The position numbers were made by a program, and so were the translations under genes. From positions 104,790 through 168,789 of the forward strand of contig JACTUA010000005.1 of assembly GCA_015660865.1 (NCBI GenBank): 64,000 nt of DNA. Direction: 5' to 3'. This stretch comes from Methanomicrobiales archaeon (GTDB taxonomy: Archaea; Halobacteriota; Methanomicrobia; Methanomicrobiales; JACTUA01). The notes beneath the pieces were generated by a model. The model was given only the letters and a program-made list of their open reading frames with translations. It did not search any database and was not told the DNA's origin. Positions 52,430-61,987 of this stretch are shown one piece after another (positions within the stretch are counted from its first letter, which is position 1; the number at the start of each line of letters is the position of its first letter).

Positions 52430-52791
52430 AACCCGGCAGGAGCTACCGGATTTATCTGGAAGACATGCTCCGGGCAACTGAGAAGGCGCTCTCATTCACC
52501 GAGGGAATCGAATATCCCGCCTTTGAGAGGGACGACGAGAAGATCTTCGCCGTCACTCATGCGGTCGAGATCATCGGGGAAGCGGCAAAGCAGGTGCCGG
52601 CACAGATTAGGAACCGTTATCCGGAGATACCCTGGAAACAGATAGCAGGTATGCGGGACAAGCTCATCCACGCTTATTTCGATGTGCATACCCGCCGGCT
52701 ATGGGAAACCGTCAGGGAAGACCTGCCTGGGCTCCGATCCGCCCTCATCCAGATCCTCAAGGATGAAGGAGAGGACAAACCAGACGTGTGA
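52426..52791 (+). CDS. HEPN (DUF86/HepT) toxin
   Basis: [26 protein letters not shown] (RxxxxHxY). Confidence 0.88.
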   Translation: MKPGRSYRIYLEDMLRATEKALSFTEGIEYPAFERDDEKIFAVTHAVEIIGEAAKQVPAQIRNRYPEIPWKQIAGMRDKLIHAYFDVHTRRLWETVREDLPGLRSALIQILKDEGEDKPDV

Positions 52792-52811
52792 CCCTTTCCC
52801 GGGTTATTGTC

Positions 52812-53105
52812 CGCGGCCCACTCGGGGGACCATGCCATCTACCCGGACTGCAGGCCGGTCTTTGTGAGCGCCATGGAGACGGCCCTCCACCTCTGCGACT
52901 GGACCGATATCACGCTCCATGCCCCCTACCTGCACCTCACCAAGGCCGATATCGTGAAGCTGGGCACCAGGCTCGGGGTCGATTACTCCTTACCGGGACC
53001 TGCTACAGGGGAGAGGCCCTCGCCTGCGGGTTGTGCGGCTCCTGCACGGAGAGGCTGGAGGCGTTCCGGATCGCCGGGATCGAGGACCCGGTGGAGTACG
53101 GGTGA
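52812..53105 (+). pseudogene. Frameshifted duplicate of the 3' part of queC
   Basis: Near-identical to 51624-51918 ([28 protein letters not shown]); single-base loss near 52990; no 5' half. Confidence 0.9.
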
Positions 53106-53250
53106 ATCCGATGCCTGAAGAAAGGGATGGAGAAGAGAGCGATTGCCTCCTGGCCCTCGAACGGCTTCAGAACGAGGAGGACCTTGTCATATCATCGGAT
53201 AAAATACGGAACCAGATTATTCTCAGGGATTGAAAGTAATCGAGAGGGAA

Positions 53251-53616
53251 TCAGCGTTTCTGTTCCGCCTCCCGCTTCTCCTGATCAGCAATAATCACCT
53301 GGATCTGGTTTTGCAGGGGCAGGAGATCCCTTTCGATGATCTCCCAGAGCACCTCGTAATCGATACGGAAGTACCCGTGGACAATGGCATCCCGGAGTCC
53401 GGCTGTCTTCCGCCATTCGACGGCAGGATACCTTGCCTTCAGGTCATCAGGAAGATTCTTGACCGCTTCGCCGATAACCTCGAAGTTCCAGACGACGGCA
53501 TCCTTCCGCATCTCATCTGATGAAAATTCCTCGAAGGACACTCCTTTCCTGAACTTCAGGATTTTGTCAGTCGCATCCTTTATATCATCGAGGAAGTGGA
53601 GCACCGTCCTATGCAT
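53251..53616 (-). CDS. HEPN (DUF86/HepT) toxin
   Basis: EVIGEAVK, GLRDAIVHGYF. Confidence 0.88.
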   Translation of the reverse strand: MHRTVLHFLDDIKDATDKILKFRKGVSFEEFSSDEMRKDAVVWNFEVIGEAVKNLPDDLKARYPAVEWRKTAGLRDAIVHGYFRIDYEVLWEIIERDLLPLQNQIQVIIADQEKREAEQKR

Positions 53617-53896
53617 AGATGACCTCGGAGAGGATCGGTTCCCGCAGGCGGCGCTTGATGGCGTCCTTCATCACCAGGTCTACTTTCCGGCCGAAGAGGT
53701 CCTCAAGGTAGAACTTCAGGTCCATGTAGTGATCGAAGGTCTTCTCTCCCTCCCGGAACTCTATCAGAATATCCACGTCACTCTCCGGTTTCTCTTCTCC
53801 CCGCACGAAAGATCCGAAGATTCCGATCCGTTCCACTCCGAACCGTTCCCTGATCTCCTGCTCGTGCAGCCGGAGGAGCGAGAGGGGGATTGTCAT
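53609..53896 (-). CDS. MNT nucleotidyltransferase antitoxin (MntA)
   Basis: FGSFVRGEEKPESDVDILIEF..KVDLV. Confidence 0.88.
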   Translation of the reverse strand: MTIPLSLLRLHEQEIRERFGVERIGIFGSFVRGEEKPESDVDILIEFREGEKTFDHYMDLKFYLEDLFGRKVDLVMKDAIKRRLREPILSEVIYA

Positions 53897-53963
53897 CGAT
53901 CTCTGTTTTGGTTCTCCCGCTTTTTATAATTAGGGGGAGCTGCCGAAGATACCCTCAGGAGTT

Positions 53964-54200
53964 TCATACCTGAACCTCAATGACGGCGGTGAACTTCTCC
54001 TGTGAGCTAATAGCGGCGTTGATTTCGTCGAGCATGCCGTACTCCTCGGCATTCTTCAGGTACAGATCGATGGCTTCCCGGATGTTCTCAAGGGCTTGCG
54101 ATGGAGTGTCCCCGCAGCTCGTCACCTCCAGTTCAGCAGATTTTGCCACGTATGTACCCTTTTCCTCCCATATCGCAATGGTGAAATGATAGCGGGACAT
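53964..54200 (-). CDS. hicB: HicB-family antitoxin
   Basis: YVAKSAELEVTSCGDTPSQALENIREAIDLYL. Confidence 0.8.
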   Translation of the reverse strand: MSRYHFTIAIWEEKGTYVAKSAELEVTSCGDTPSQALENIREAIDLYLKNAEEYGMLDEINAAISSQEKFTAVIEVQV

Positions 54201-54344
54201 CTTTTCCTCTCTAATTAGTTGCATAGCCCTATGATTTTATTTTGGTATTACTCCTTTCGATTGCGAGGGCGGAGGACCCGCTTGAATGCGCAGATTCGTA
54301 ACCCGCCCATAATGTTGAATATGCCTTCATACACTGTATTCTTC

Positions 54345-54554
54345 ATGCCGCACCGGACCATCAGGATCACGGAGGAGGCATATTCCCGATTGAAGGCACT
54401 CAAATCAAACGAGAAGGAGTCCCTCTCCGATGTCATCCTGAAGTTTTACCCGAAGAAGCGGAAGCTCTCTGAGATCATTGCCACTATCAGGCCGAGCGAA
54501 GATCTCGCGGACTCTATTGTGCAGGCCTCACGGGAGATTCGGCGATACGTCTAA
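54345..54554 (+). CDS. Orphan archaeal VapB-type antitoxin
   Basis: [24 protein letters not shown]; no PIN toxin follows. Confidence 0.7.
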   Translation: MPHRTIRITEEAYSRLKALKSNEKESLSDVILKFYPKKRKLSEIIATIRPSEDLADSIVQASREIRRYV

Positions 54555-54560
54555 AAAGGG

Positions 54561-55058
54561 TTACCCGGCCGCCGGTGTTGGTGTCGGAGTTTGCAAGCTC
54601 TTCTCCATGTCGAGGGCGATCTCCATCTCGATCTCCCTCAGTGTCGCATTCTGCGAACCGGTGAGCGACATGGTCGTGAGGTCGCAGTCGCAGGTAATCA
54701 GGGCACCGCCGGCTGACGGCACCGCTTTCACCGGGTAAGCGGTCCAGATGTCCTTGAGGCTTGCTATCCATGCTGCCTTCTTCTCGCCGGGGACGCTGGT
54801 GTTCTCGATATACCGGATCATCACTCCCTGCTCCTCCTTTCCTGCGACAATGATGAACCAGTGGGGCGTTGCATTGAGAAAGGCGGGATCGATGGTAAAC
54901 CGGTCCATGAGGTCGTGGACGGATTCGACCGATGTGTCCTGGGAAGGACCGGGGCCTGTCCCCCTCGCCAGCTGCCCCGCCAGCATCGGCGCCATGACCA
55001 GGATGCCGAGAACGATGAGCACGAGGATCCCGAGAACGACGATACGCTTCCTCTCCAT
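54561..55058 (-). CDS. Membrane-anchored/secreted hypothetical protein (paralog A)
   Basis: N-terminal hydrophobic helix; highly similar to 56358-56882. Confidence 0.7.
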   Translation of the reverse strand: MERKRIVVLGILVLIVLGILVMAPMLAGQLARGTGPGPSQDTSVESVHDLMDRFTIDPAFLNATPHWFIIVAGKEEQGVMIRYIENTSVPGEKKAAWIASLKDIWTAYPVKAVPSAGGALITCDCDLTTMSLTGSQNATLREIEMEIALDMEKSLQTPTPTPAAG

Positions 55059-55290
55059 GCTTCTCACTTCCCCTTCTCTCCCCGCGGATGATATCCTTTT
55101 CTTCCGCCGGGACGGTCCCTCCTCCGGGCACCCGATCGGGCACCGGAAACTGATCCCTGTTGATCCGTGCAGGAAGGAGACTCGCGGATTTCAGGGGCCG
55201 GGTGGAGCCGTTTCTCCTCTATGGGGATCTCCAGAAGTGTGCCGAAGCCCTCATCATGACTGCGGCAATACACCATAACAGAGGGATAAT

Positions 55291-55764
55291 ATGGGAAAGG
55301 ATTGCGGACTGGATCTCTTCTGGGATTTTGAATTTGACGATATCACCAGCGCCAAACCTCCGGATGCGAAAGGCGTGTACATCATCAGGGTCCGGAAACC
55401 GGGTATGCCTCCCAGTGAGATTATCCGGAACCTCAAGCCTCATATCCAACGCCTGGGGTGGGAGATGGCCGGGAAGTATCTCCTTGACCGGATCGGGAGA
55501 ATCGAGAAGATCGGGGACTGTCCCATCATCTATATCGGGTCCGCCGGAACGAATCCGGGGAGCAGGCATACCCTTGCAGGACGGTACCGGGACCTCGTGA
55601 GCCGGCATACCATCCAGTTCCCTATCTGGGCACTCCTCTACTTTGGCTGGGAACTGGACCTCGGGTGGAAGACGGATGAAAACCCGAAAGAACTGGAGAA
55701 AGATCTGAAGGAGAGATACGAGACCCGGCAGCGCCGGATCCCCCCGGCACTTGTTGTAAAATGA
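55291..55764 (+). CDS. GIY-YIG nuclease-like protein
   Basis: KGVYIIR ... IIYIGSAG ... LAGRY ... ELEKDL motif order. Confidence 0.6.
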   Translation: MGKDCGLDLFWDFEFDDITSAKPPDAKGVYIIRVRKPGMPPSEIIRNLKPHIQRLGWEMAGKYLLDRIGRIEKIGDCPIIYIGSAGTNPGSRHTLAGRYRDLVSRHTIQFPIWALLYFGWELDLGWKTDENPKELEKDLKERYETRQRRIPPALVVK

Positions 55765-55778
55765 TTCCTGAAAGGGAT

Positions 55779-56208
55779 TCAGAACCTGATCCTCGGGACC
55801 TCCCTCTCCCGGAGGTTCGCCTCCATGGTCCAGAACCAGGCCTCGCCGTGGGGGACCCGGAAGATGGCGAGCCGGGTTTCCGACGGGGCGTTCTTCATCG
55901 TGTCCTTCAGCCAGGGGCGGTCCCGGTAGAGCCGTTCCTCGAAGGCTGGGTCGGAAAGGAACTCGACCCTGCCGGCCACCCGCATCATCTTCATCCCGGG
56001 GCCGGGCGGGGTGCAGAAACAGAGCTCGGCCTGGGTTCTTCTTCAGCTGCCGGTAGATGTCCTTCGTCGAACCGGTGTGGTAGTAGAACCCGGACAAATC
56101 GGCAAACCACATCGAGAAGGCCCGGACCCGGGGCTGGTTGCCCTAGGCAGTCCCGATGAAGGTGAGCGGGTACTCCTTCGCGAACTTGATGCAGTCCCCG
56201 AGATCCAT
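55779..56208 (-). pseudogene. Pyridoxamine 5'-phosphate oxidase-family pseudogene
   Basis: MDLGDCIKFAKE..GTA*GNQPRVRAF (TAG at 56143-56145), then a frameshift near 56030 into ELCF..MRVAGRVEF..RPWLK..WFWTME. Confidence 0.75.
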
Positions 56209-56357
56209 GGAAAGGATACTGATCATCTGATCCGATAAAAGTTCGGGGTGAAGGAAACAGGACCCGGGCTACCCACGACTTCCTCCGGCCGCCGTACTGA
56301 AAAAAACTTATCAGGGAATCTCGCAGGTAAGGCAACCGGTGAGGGTGATCCTCCGGC

Positions 56358-56882
56358 TCACCCGGCCGCAGGCGTCGGCGTCGCCAGGTACTTCTCCATG
56401 TCAAGGGCGATCTCCGTCTCGATCTCCCTCATGGTAGCGTTCTGCGAGCCGGTCAGGCTCATCGTTGAGAGGTTGCAATCGCAGGTGATTATGGTTCCCT
56501 GGGCCATGTCCACCGCCTTCACCGGGTAAGCGGCCCAGATCCCCCTCATGGTCGATTCCCACTCGGCCTTCTTCTCCGATGCGACGCTGGTGTTCTCGAT
56601 ATACCGGATCATCGCCTCCTGCTCCTTCTTCCCTGCGACGATGATAATCCAGTGGGGGGTCGCCTGGATGAAGGCTGGATCGATGGTGAACATCCCCAGG
56701 TCGCTGATGGATTCGACCGATGTGCCGGTTCCCGCCTGGCTCTGGGGCTCCGGTTCCTGGACCGCCTGGATGCCAACGCCCGTCCCCTGGGCGACCTGCC
56801 CCTCAAACCTGAGCGCCATGAAGGCGATGCAGTACAGGAAAAAGAGCAGGATCCCGAGAATGATGATGCGCTTCCTTTCCAT
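56358..56882 (-). CDS. Membrane-anchored/secreted hypothetical protein (paralog B)
   Basis: Shares FTIDPAF..ATPHW..IRYIENTSV..AYPVKAV..TCDC..REIE.EIALDMEK with 54561-55058. Confidence 0.7.
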   Translation of the reverse strand: MERKRIIILGILLFFLYCIAFMALRFEGQVAQGTGVGIQAVQEPEPQSQAGTGTSVESISDLGMFTIDPAFIQATPHWIIIVAGKKEQEAMIRYIENTSVASEKKAEWESTMRGIWAAYPVKAVDMAQGTIITCDCNLSTMSLTGSQNATMREIETEIALDMEKYLATPTPAAG

Positions 56883-56961
56883 GGCTCCTCAAACTACCCT
56901 TCTCCTCCATGGACCAAAGCCCTTTCCTGTATATGGGGATCAGGAACAGGGTGAAAACCGA

Positions 56962-57074
56962 TGCTGCGGGCGGGAATCGAGCCCGCGATCTCCAGATATC
57001 CCAGATGATGGCGCTCCGACGTTTTCGCGAAAACCCTATGAGTCTGGCGCCCTAACCGGCTAGGCCACCGCAGC
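56962..57074 (-). tRNA. tRNA-Met(CAT) with 39-nt intron at position 37/38 (56998-57036)
   Basis: GCTGCGGTGGCCTAGCCGGTTAGGGCGCCAGACTCATA[intron]ATCTGGAGATCGCGGGCTCGATTCCCGCCCGCAGCA. Confidence 0.92.
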
Positions 57075-57096
57075 ATATAGAAGAGGAAATCTGTTT

Positions 57097-57110
57097 TGAT
57101 AAAGGTTCTC
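57097..57110 (-). promoter_or_regulatory. Putative BRE/TATA box of tRNA-Met
   Basis: GAGAAC-CTTTATCA about 23-36 nt upstream of the mature tRNA 5' end. Confidence 0.45.
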
Positions 57111-57347
57111 ATGCGGCATCCCGGTCTCCTCCGTCGGTTGCTGGAGGATAGCCGGTATCCGTCGGAATAGCGAAGAAGACGGTGGCATGCCAGGAGAAGG
57201 ATCCCGGCCGGGACATGAGCAGACAGACCCGGTCCTTGTGAGATTCACCTCCGATGGCAACGGGGGATAATCCACGCCACATAGTCCAAAAGGAGAAGAC
57301 TCGGAAAGGCAGCGAATTGAACGGGATAAAAAATGGAAACTGATGGT

Positions 57348-57908
57348 TCAGTAGCCGCCGCCACCGCCATAGTAGGGGACGGCGGTGGTCCTGACGGTCG
57401 TCGGCATGGTGGTCGCCGGAGCCGGAGTGGGGGTGAGGGTCACAACACCGGTGGGACTCATCACGTACCAGAGCTTGTTGAAGCCGTACCCGTTCGTGTC
57501 CCCGGGAGCCTTGTCAGCCGAGTAGTAGTAGAGGGGCCATCCCATGTACGTGGTCTGCTTTCCCCCGTCTGCACGGGTGAACTCCCCGAAGTCACTCGCC
57601 TTGAGAGGCGAGGAGACCATGACGGCAGTTGCATCGAAGGCGGGCCAGATCCCCGGGCAGGCGCCGGTGCAGGCGCTTGTCCCGGCCCTGGGGGTGTCTT
57701 TTGCAAAGTAGTAGAGCGTCATCCCGTTCGCATCAACGAGGATCTGCCCGTACTGCGGGTTCGCGACCACCTTGATGGTATCGGGCAAGGGGGTTGGCGT
57801 GACAGGGGTAGGAGCCGGGGTCGCCGGGGCCTTGGGCTGGGCGCAGCCGGCGAACAGGATCACTCCTGCAAGGAGCAGGAGGAGAACCGGATACACGATC
57901 TTCGTCAT
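57348..57908 (-). CDS. Secreted lipoprotein with Y-x4-D repeats (COG4315-like)
   Basis: Lipobox FAGC; GMTLYYFAKD..CTGACPGIWP..GWPLYYYSADK..G..WY. Confidence 0.82.
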   Translation of the reverse strand: MTKIVYPVLLLLLAGVILFAGCAQPKAPATPAPTPVTPTPLPDTIKVVANPQYGQILVDANGMTLYYFAKDTPRAGTSACTGACPGIWPAFDATAVMVSSPLKASDFGEFTRADGGKQTTYMGWPLYYYSADKAPGDTNGYGFNKLWYVMSPTGVVTLTPTPAPATTMPTTVRTTAVPYYGGGGGY

Positions 57909-58050
57909 AGGATCACGTCCTTGGATGTGGAATCTCGGCGTCTGTGTCTATTTATACCTATTCTCATCTTTCAGAAAACCTTCAGCTGCCAACAGGAGAG
58001 CCTTCGGGGGCTCATCTCCTGCCTGGAGAATACAAATTGGGGAAACCCGG

Positions 58051-59541
58051 TCACTTCCCCGGGTTCTTCCCCTTCGCCTTCCCGGCCATGTAGGCGTTCA
58101 CCGCGGTGGTGATGGCCACCACCTCCTTCCCACCCCGGAGAGAGGCGGCAAGGGTCTGCATCCGGGTCTCCTCCTCCCGGACGTAGCGCTCAAGGGTATC
58201 GAGGACCCCTTCGTCCTTGAGGAAGTGGGTGTGGGTATTCCCCTTCACGAACTGGGGGTGGTGCATGAGGGCGTGGTGGAGGGGTAAGGTGGTCTTCACC
58301 CCGAGGATGACGTACTCGTAGATGGCCCGGCGCATCCGCTGGATGGCCTCGGCCCGGTTCCCGCCCCATGCCGTGAGCTTCGATATGAGCGAGTCGTAGA
58401 GGACCGGTATGGCGTAGCCCACGTGGATCCCCGAGTCGAGCCGGATCCCCGGCCCGCCAGGGGAGCGGTACCGGGTGATCTTCCCCGGGTCGGCCTGGAA
58501 GTTCTTCAGGGGGTCCTCGGCGTTGATACGGCACTCGATGGCATGGCCACGGATGGAGATATCGTCCTGGGTGAAGGGGAGGTCATGGCCGGCGGCGATA
58601 GCGATCTGCTGCTTCACGATATCGATCCCGGTGATGAACTCGGTGATGGTGTGCTCCACCTGGAGCCGGGTGTTCATCTCCATGAAGAAGTAATTCCCCC
58701 CCTGGTAGAGGAACTCCACCGTCCCGGCGTTGGTATACCCCGCCGTCTTTGCGACCCGGACCGCCGACTTCGACATCTTCTCGCGGAGCTCGGGGGTCAT
58801 GATGGGGCAGGGGGCTTCCTCCACGAGCTTCTGGTGCCGGCGCTGGATGGAGCACTCGCGGTCATAGAGGTGGACCGTATGGCCGTCCGAGTCGGCAAGC
58901 ACCTGGAACTCGATGTGCCGGGGGCGGACGAGGTACTTCTCGATGAAGACGGTCGCGTCCCCGAAGGCCGACTGGGCGATGCGCATCGAGCCGGAGAGGG
59001 CGGAGTCAAGCTCGGAGGGCTCGTTCACGACCTGCATCCCGATCCCCCCGCCGCCCGCCGAGGCCTTCACGATGACCGGGTAGCCGATCTCGTCGGCCAC
59101 CTTCGCAGCCTTCTCCGGCGTGGTCGCCTCCTCGGTCCCGGGCAGCACCGGCACCCCCGCCTTCTTCATCATCCGCTTGGACCCGATCTTCGAGCCCATC
59201 GCCTCGATCGTCTTCCAGTGGGGGCCGATGAAGATGAGCCCCCCGGACTCCACGAGCTTCGCGAAGTGGTGGTTCTCGGCGAGGAACCCGTAGCCCGGGT
59301 GGATGGCCTGTGCCCCCGCCTTCCGTGCCACCTCCACGATCCGGTTCATGTTCAGGTAGGACTTCGAGGGGTGGGCCTCCCCGACGCAGAAGGCCTCGTC
59401 GGCGTACTTGACATGGAGGGCGTTCTCGTCGGGCCTCGAGTAGATGGCCACGGTCTCGATCGCGAGCTCGCGGCAGGCCCGCATGACCCGGATCGCGATC
59501 TCGCCCCGGTTCGCGATGAGGATCCGCTCGAAGTCCGTCAT
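58051..59541 (-). CDS. pycA: Pyruvate carboxylase subunit A (biotin carboxylase)
   Basis: ANRGEIA, HPGYGFLAEN, GGGGIGM, RECSIQRRHQK, EMNTRLQVEH. Confidence 0.92.
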   Translation of the reverse strand: MTDFERILIANRGEIAIRVMRACRELAIETVAIYSRPDENALHVKYADEAFCVGEAHPSKSYLNMNRIVEVARKAGAQAIHPGYGFLAENHHFAKLVESGGLIFIGPHWKTIEAMGSKIGSKRMMKKAGVPVLPGTEEATTPEKAAKVADEIGYPVIVKASAGGGGIGMQVVNEPSELDSALSGSMRIAQSAFGDATVFIEKYLVRPRHIEFQVLADSDGHTVHLYDRECSIQRRHQKLVEEAPCPIMTPELREKMSKSAVRVAKTAGYTNAGTVEFLYQGGNYFFMEMNTRLQVEHTITEFITGIDIVKQQIAIAAGHDLPFTQDDISIRGHAIECRINAEDPLKNFQADPGKITRYRSPGGPGIRLDSGIHVGYAIPVLYDSLISKLTAWGGNRAEAIQRMRRAIYEYVILGVKTTLPLHHALMHHPQFVKGNTHTHFLKDEGVLDTLERYVREEETRMQTLAASLRGGKEVVAITTAVNAYMAGKAKGKNPGK

Positions 59542-61265
59542 CGGACCACCAGGAGCACGTCGCCGCTCGCGACCACGTCCCCGGTATCCACGAAGATATC
59601 TGTCACCTTCCCGTCCCGCGGGCTCGCGATGGGGTTCTCCATCTTCATGGCCTCGAGGACCATGAGGGGGTCGCCCTTCTTCACCGCCTCCCCGACCCGG
59701 ACGAGCACCTTTAGCACCATCCCCTGCATGTTCGAGCGGATCCCGCCCTCGATCTCGCCCCTGGGGGCCTTCTGGCCGGCTGCCGCCCGGGAGACAACCG
59801 CCGAGCCCGCGACCGAGATGATCCGGACCGAGTAGACCTCCCCGTCCACCTCCACCTCCATCGCAGCCGGCACATCGGGCGAGGGCCCGGGCACGGCGGA
59901 CTGTCTCTGGGGAAGCTGCTCCTGCTTCTTCTCGCCCCTGAGGAACGCCGGGGCGATGGCCGGGTAGAGGATGTAGGTGAGGACATCCTCGTCCTTCTTC
60001 ACGAGGCCGGCCGCCGTTGCCTCCTTCTTCATCTGCTCGTAGATGGGCTCCAGGAGATCGGCGGGCCGCACCGTGACCACCTTCTCGTCCCCGATGATCT
60101 TCCTCCGGATCTCCTCGTTGACCGGCCCGGGGGGTTTCCCGTAGAGCCCCCGCAGGTAGTCCTTCACCTCCTTCGTGACGTTCGTGTACCGCTCGCCGCC
60201 GATCAGGACGTTGAAGACCGCCTGCGACCCGACGATCTGTGACGTCGGGGTAACGAGGGGCGGGTAGCCGAGGTCCTCCCGCACCCGGGGGATCTCCAGG
60301 AGCACGTCGTCCATTCGGTTCAGGGCATCCTGCTCCTTCAGCTGGGAGACCAGGTTCGAGATCATCCCGCCCGGGAGCTGGTAGAGGAGGACGTCGCTGT
60401 CCACCCGCTCGGAGATGGGGTCGAGGATCCCGATGTACTTCTCCCGGATCGTGAGGCAGATGTTCCTCACCTCGCGGAGCGTCCGGAGATCTATCCCCGT
60501 GTCCCGGTCCGTGCCCTGGACCGAGGCCACCACGCTCTCGGTGGGGGGCTGGGAGGTCCCGAGGGAGAAGGGGGACATGGCCGTGTCCAGGATGTCCACC
60601 CCGGCCTCGATGGCCGCCTGGTACGACATGGGGGCGATGCCTGCGGTGGAATGGGAGTGGAGGTCGACGGGGAGCTTCGTCGCCTTCTTGATCCCGGTGA
60701 TGAGTTCACGGGTGGGCCCCGGCTTGATCAGCCCTGCCATGTCCTTGATGCAGATGGAGTCGCAGTCCATCCCGTGGAGCTCCTCGGCCATCGCGATGAA
60801 CCCCTTTACCGAGTGAACGGGGCTCGTGGTATAGCTGATGGCCCCCTGGAGGTGGGCACCGGCCTTCTTCACCTCCTGCATGGCCTTCTTCATGTTCCGG
60901 AGGTCGTTTAACGCGTCAAAGACCCGGAAGATGTCCACGCCCCGCCTGTGGGCGGCGGCCACGAACCTCTCCACCACGTCATCGGGGTAGTGCCGGTAAC
61001 CAACCAGGTTCTGGCCCCGGAGGAGCATCTGGATGGGGGTCTTCGGGAGAACCTCCGAGAACGCCGAGAGCCGGTCCCAGGGGTCGTCGTTGCAGAACCG
61101 GATGGCCGTGTCAAAGGTCGCCCCTCCCCATGCCTCGACCGAGTAAAAGCCCGCCTTCTCGATGGCCCGGGCGAGCGGGAGGCTGTCCTCGGTCCGAAGC
61201 CGTGTCGCGATGAGAGACTGGTGGGCGTCCCGCAGCGTGGTATCCGTGATGTGCACTCGGTGCAT
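59538..61265 (-). CDS. pycB: Pyruvate carboxylase subunit B (carboxyltransferase + biotinyl domain)
   Basis: LRDAHQSLIATR, WGGATFD, IKDMAG, HSH, EAMKM biotin site; start ATG 61265. Confidence 0.92.
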   Translation of the reverse strand: MHRVHITDTTLRDAHQSLIATRLRTEDSLPLARAIEKAGFYSVEAWGGATFDTAIRFCNDDPWDRLSAFSEVLPKTPIQMLLRGQNLVGYRHYPDDVVERFVAAAHRRGVDIFRVFDALNDLRNMKKAMQEVKKAGAHLQGAISYTTSPVHSVKGFIAMAEELHGMDCDSICIKDMAGLIKPGPTRELITGIKKATKLPVDLHSHSTAGIAPMSYQAAIEAGVDILDTAMSPFSLGTSQPPTESVVASVQGTDRDTGIDLRTLREVRNICLTIREKYIGILDPISERVDSDVLLYQLPGGMISNLVSQLKEQDALNRMDDVLLEIPRVREDLGYPPLVTPTSQIVGSQAVFNVLIGGERYTNVTKEVKDYLRGLYGKPPGPVNEEIRRKIIGDEKVVTVRPADLLEPIYEQMKKEATAAGLVKKDEDVLTYILYPAIAPAFLRGEKKQEQLPQRQSAVPGPSPDVPAAMEVEVDGEVYSVRIISVAGSAVVSRAAAGQKAPRGEIEGGIRSNMQGMVLKVLVRVGEAVKKGDPLMVLEAMKMENPIASPRDGKVTDIFVDTGDVVASGDVLLVVR

Positions 61266-61357
61266 ACTCCCCCCTCCATGGGAGACGTTCATCGGCAGGC
61301 GGGCTGAAAAGCCCAAACCTTTGAAAAATGGATGGTGCAAGTATAAAAAATATCACT

Positions 61358-61987
61358 TCAGGGCAGGAGGGCGAGAAGAGCGATCCCCACGGCGAGAGCG
61401 GCCTCCGCTCCATCCCATCGCCCGCGGGTGAACCTCGGGCAGAGGCTCCCTCCCGCCCGGTACCCCCGGACCGCGAGGATATCCCCGATGTCCCGGGACC
61501 GGTCCAGTTCCCTCCTCACCAGGAGCCCGAGGGCCGGGACAAGGGATCTCAGGGTGATCCGCCCGCCGGTCTTGAGCCGCAGGGCAAGACGGAGCATGGC
61601 CAGGTCGCGGTCAAGGCCCTCGAGGGACTGGACCGCCATCTCGGCGATGAGCCCCAGCTCGAACCCGGTCCGGTTCCCGAGGGCCCAGGTCCCCATGTCC
61701 AGGAGCTCCCCGCCACTCCGCTCGCTGTATGCCCAGGAGGCGATGAGGAGCACCACCGAGATCCGGAAGAGATAGGAGAGGCCATTCCCACCGGAGAGGG
61801 AGACGAGGACCGCAGTTGCACAGACCAGGATGAAGAGCCCGAGGGCAGACCGCCAACGGTGGAGGGGGAGCCGGCGGGGCGTGGCAAGGAGCCACCAGGC
61901 GAGGGCGAGGAGAGCTCCCCAGGCGCTCGCAAAGGCCGCGAGGGAGAGGGCCACGGTGGAGAGGAGGGTCAGCCGGGGGTCCTGCAC
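61358..61987 (-). CDS. ECF transporter T component (BioN-like)
   Basis: DPRLTLL, hydrophobic helices, LAVRGY; in the bioY operon. Confidence 0.7.
   Translation of the reverse strand: MQDPRLTLLSTVALSLAAFASAWGALLALAWWLLATPRRLPLHRWRSALGLFILVCATAVLVSLSGGNGLSYLFRISVVLLIASWAYSERSGGELLDMGTWALGNRTGFELGLIAEMAVQSLEGLDRDLAMLRLALRLKTGGRITLRSLVPALGLLVRRELDRSRDIGDILAVRGYRAGGSLCPRFTRGRWDGAEAALAVGIALLALLP

Noticed and set aside
56143-56145. In-frame TAG as possible pyrrolysine codon
   Set aside because: The same gene also has a frameshift near 56030 and no pyl genes are visible; pseudogenisation is simpler.
56962-56990. tRNA-Met 3' end as att site of the TA/dnd hotspot
   Set aside because: I found no second copy of the tRNA-Met 3' end by eye. 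A 10-nt match to its 5' end near 37504 is in the wrong orientation and is likely chance.
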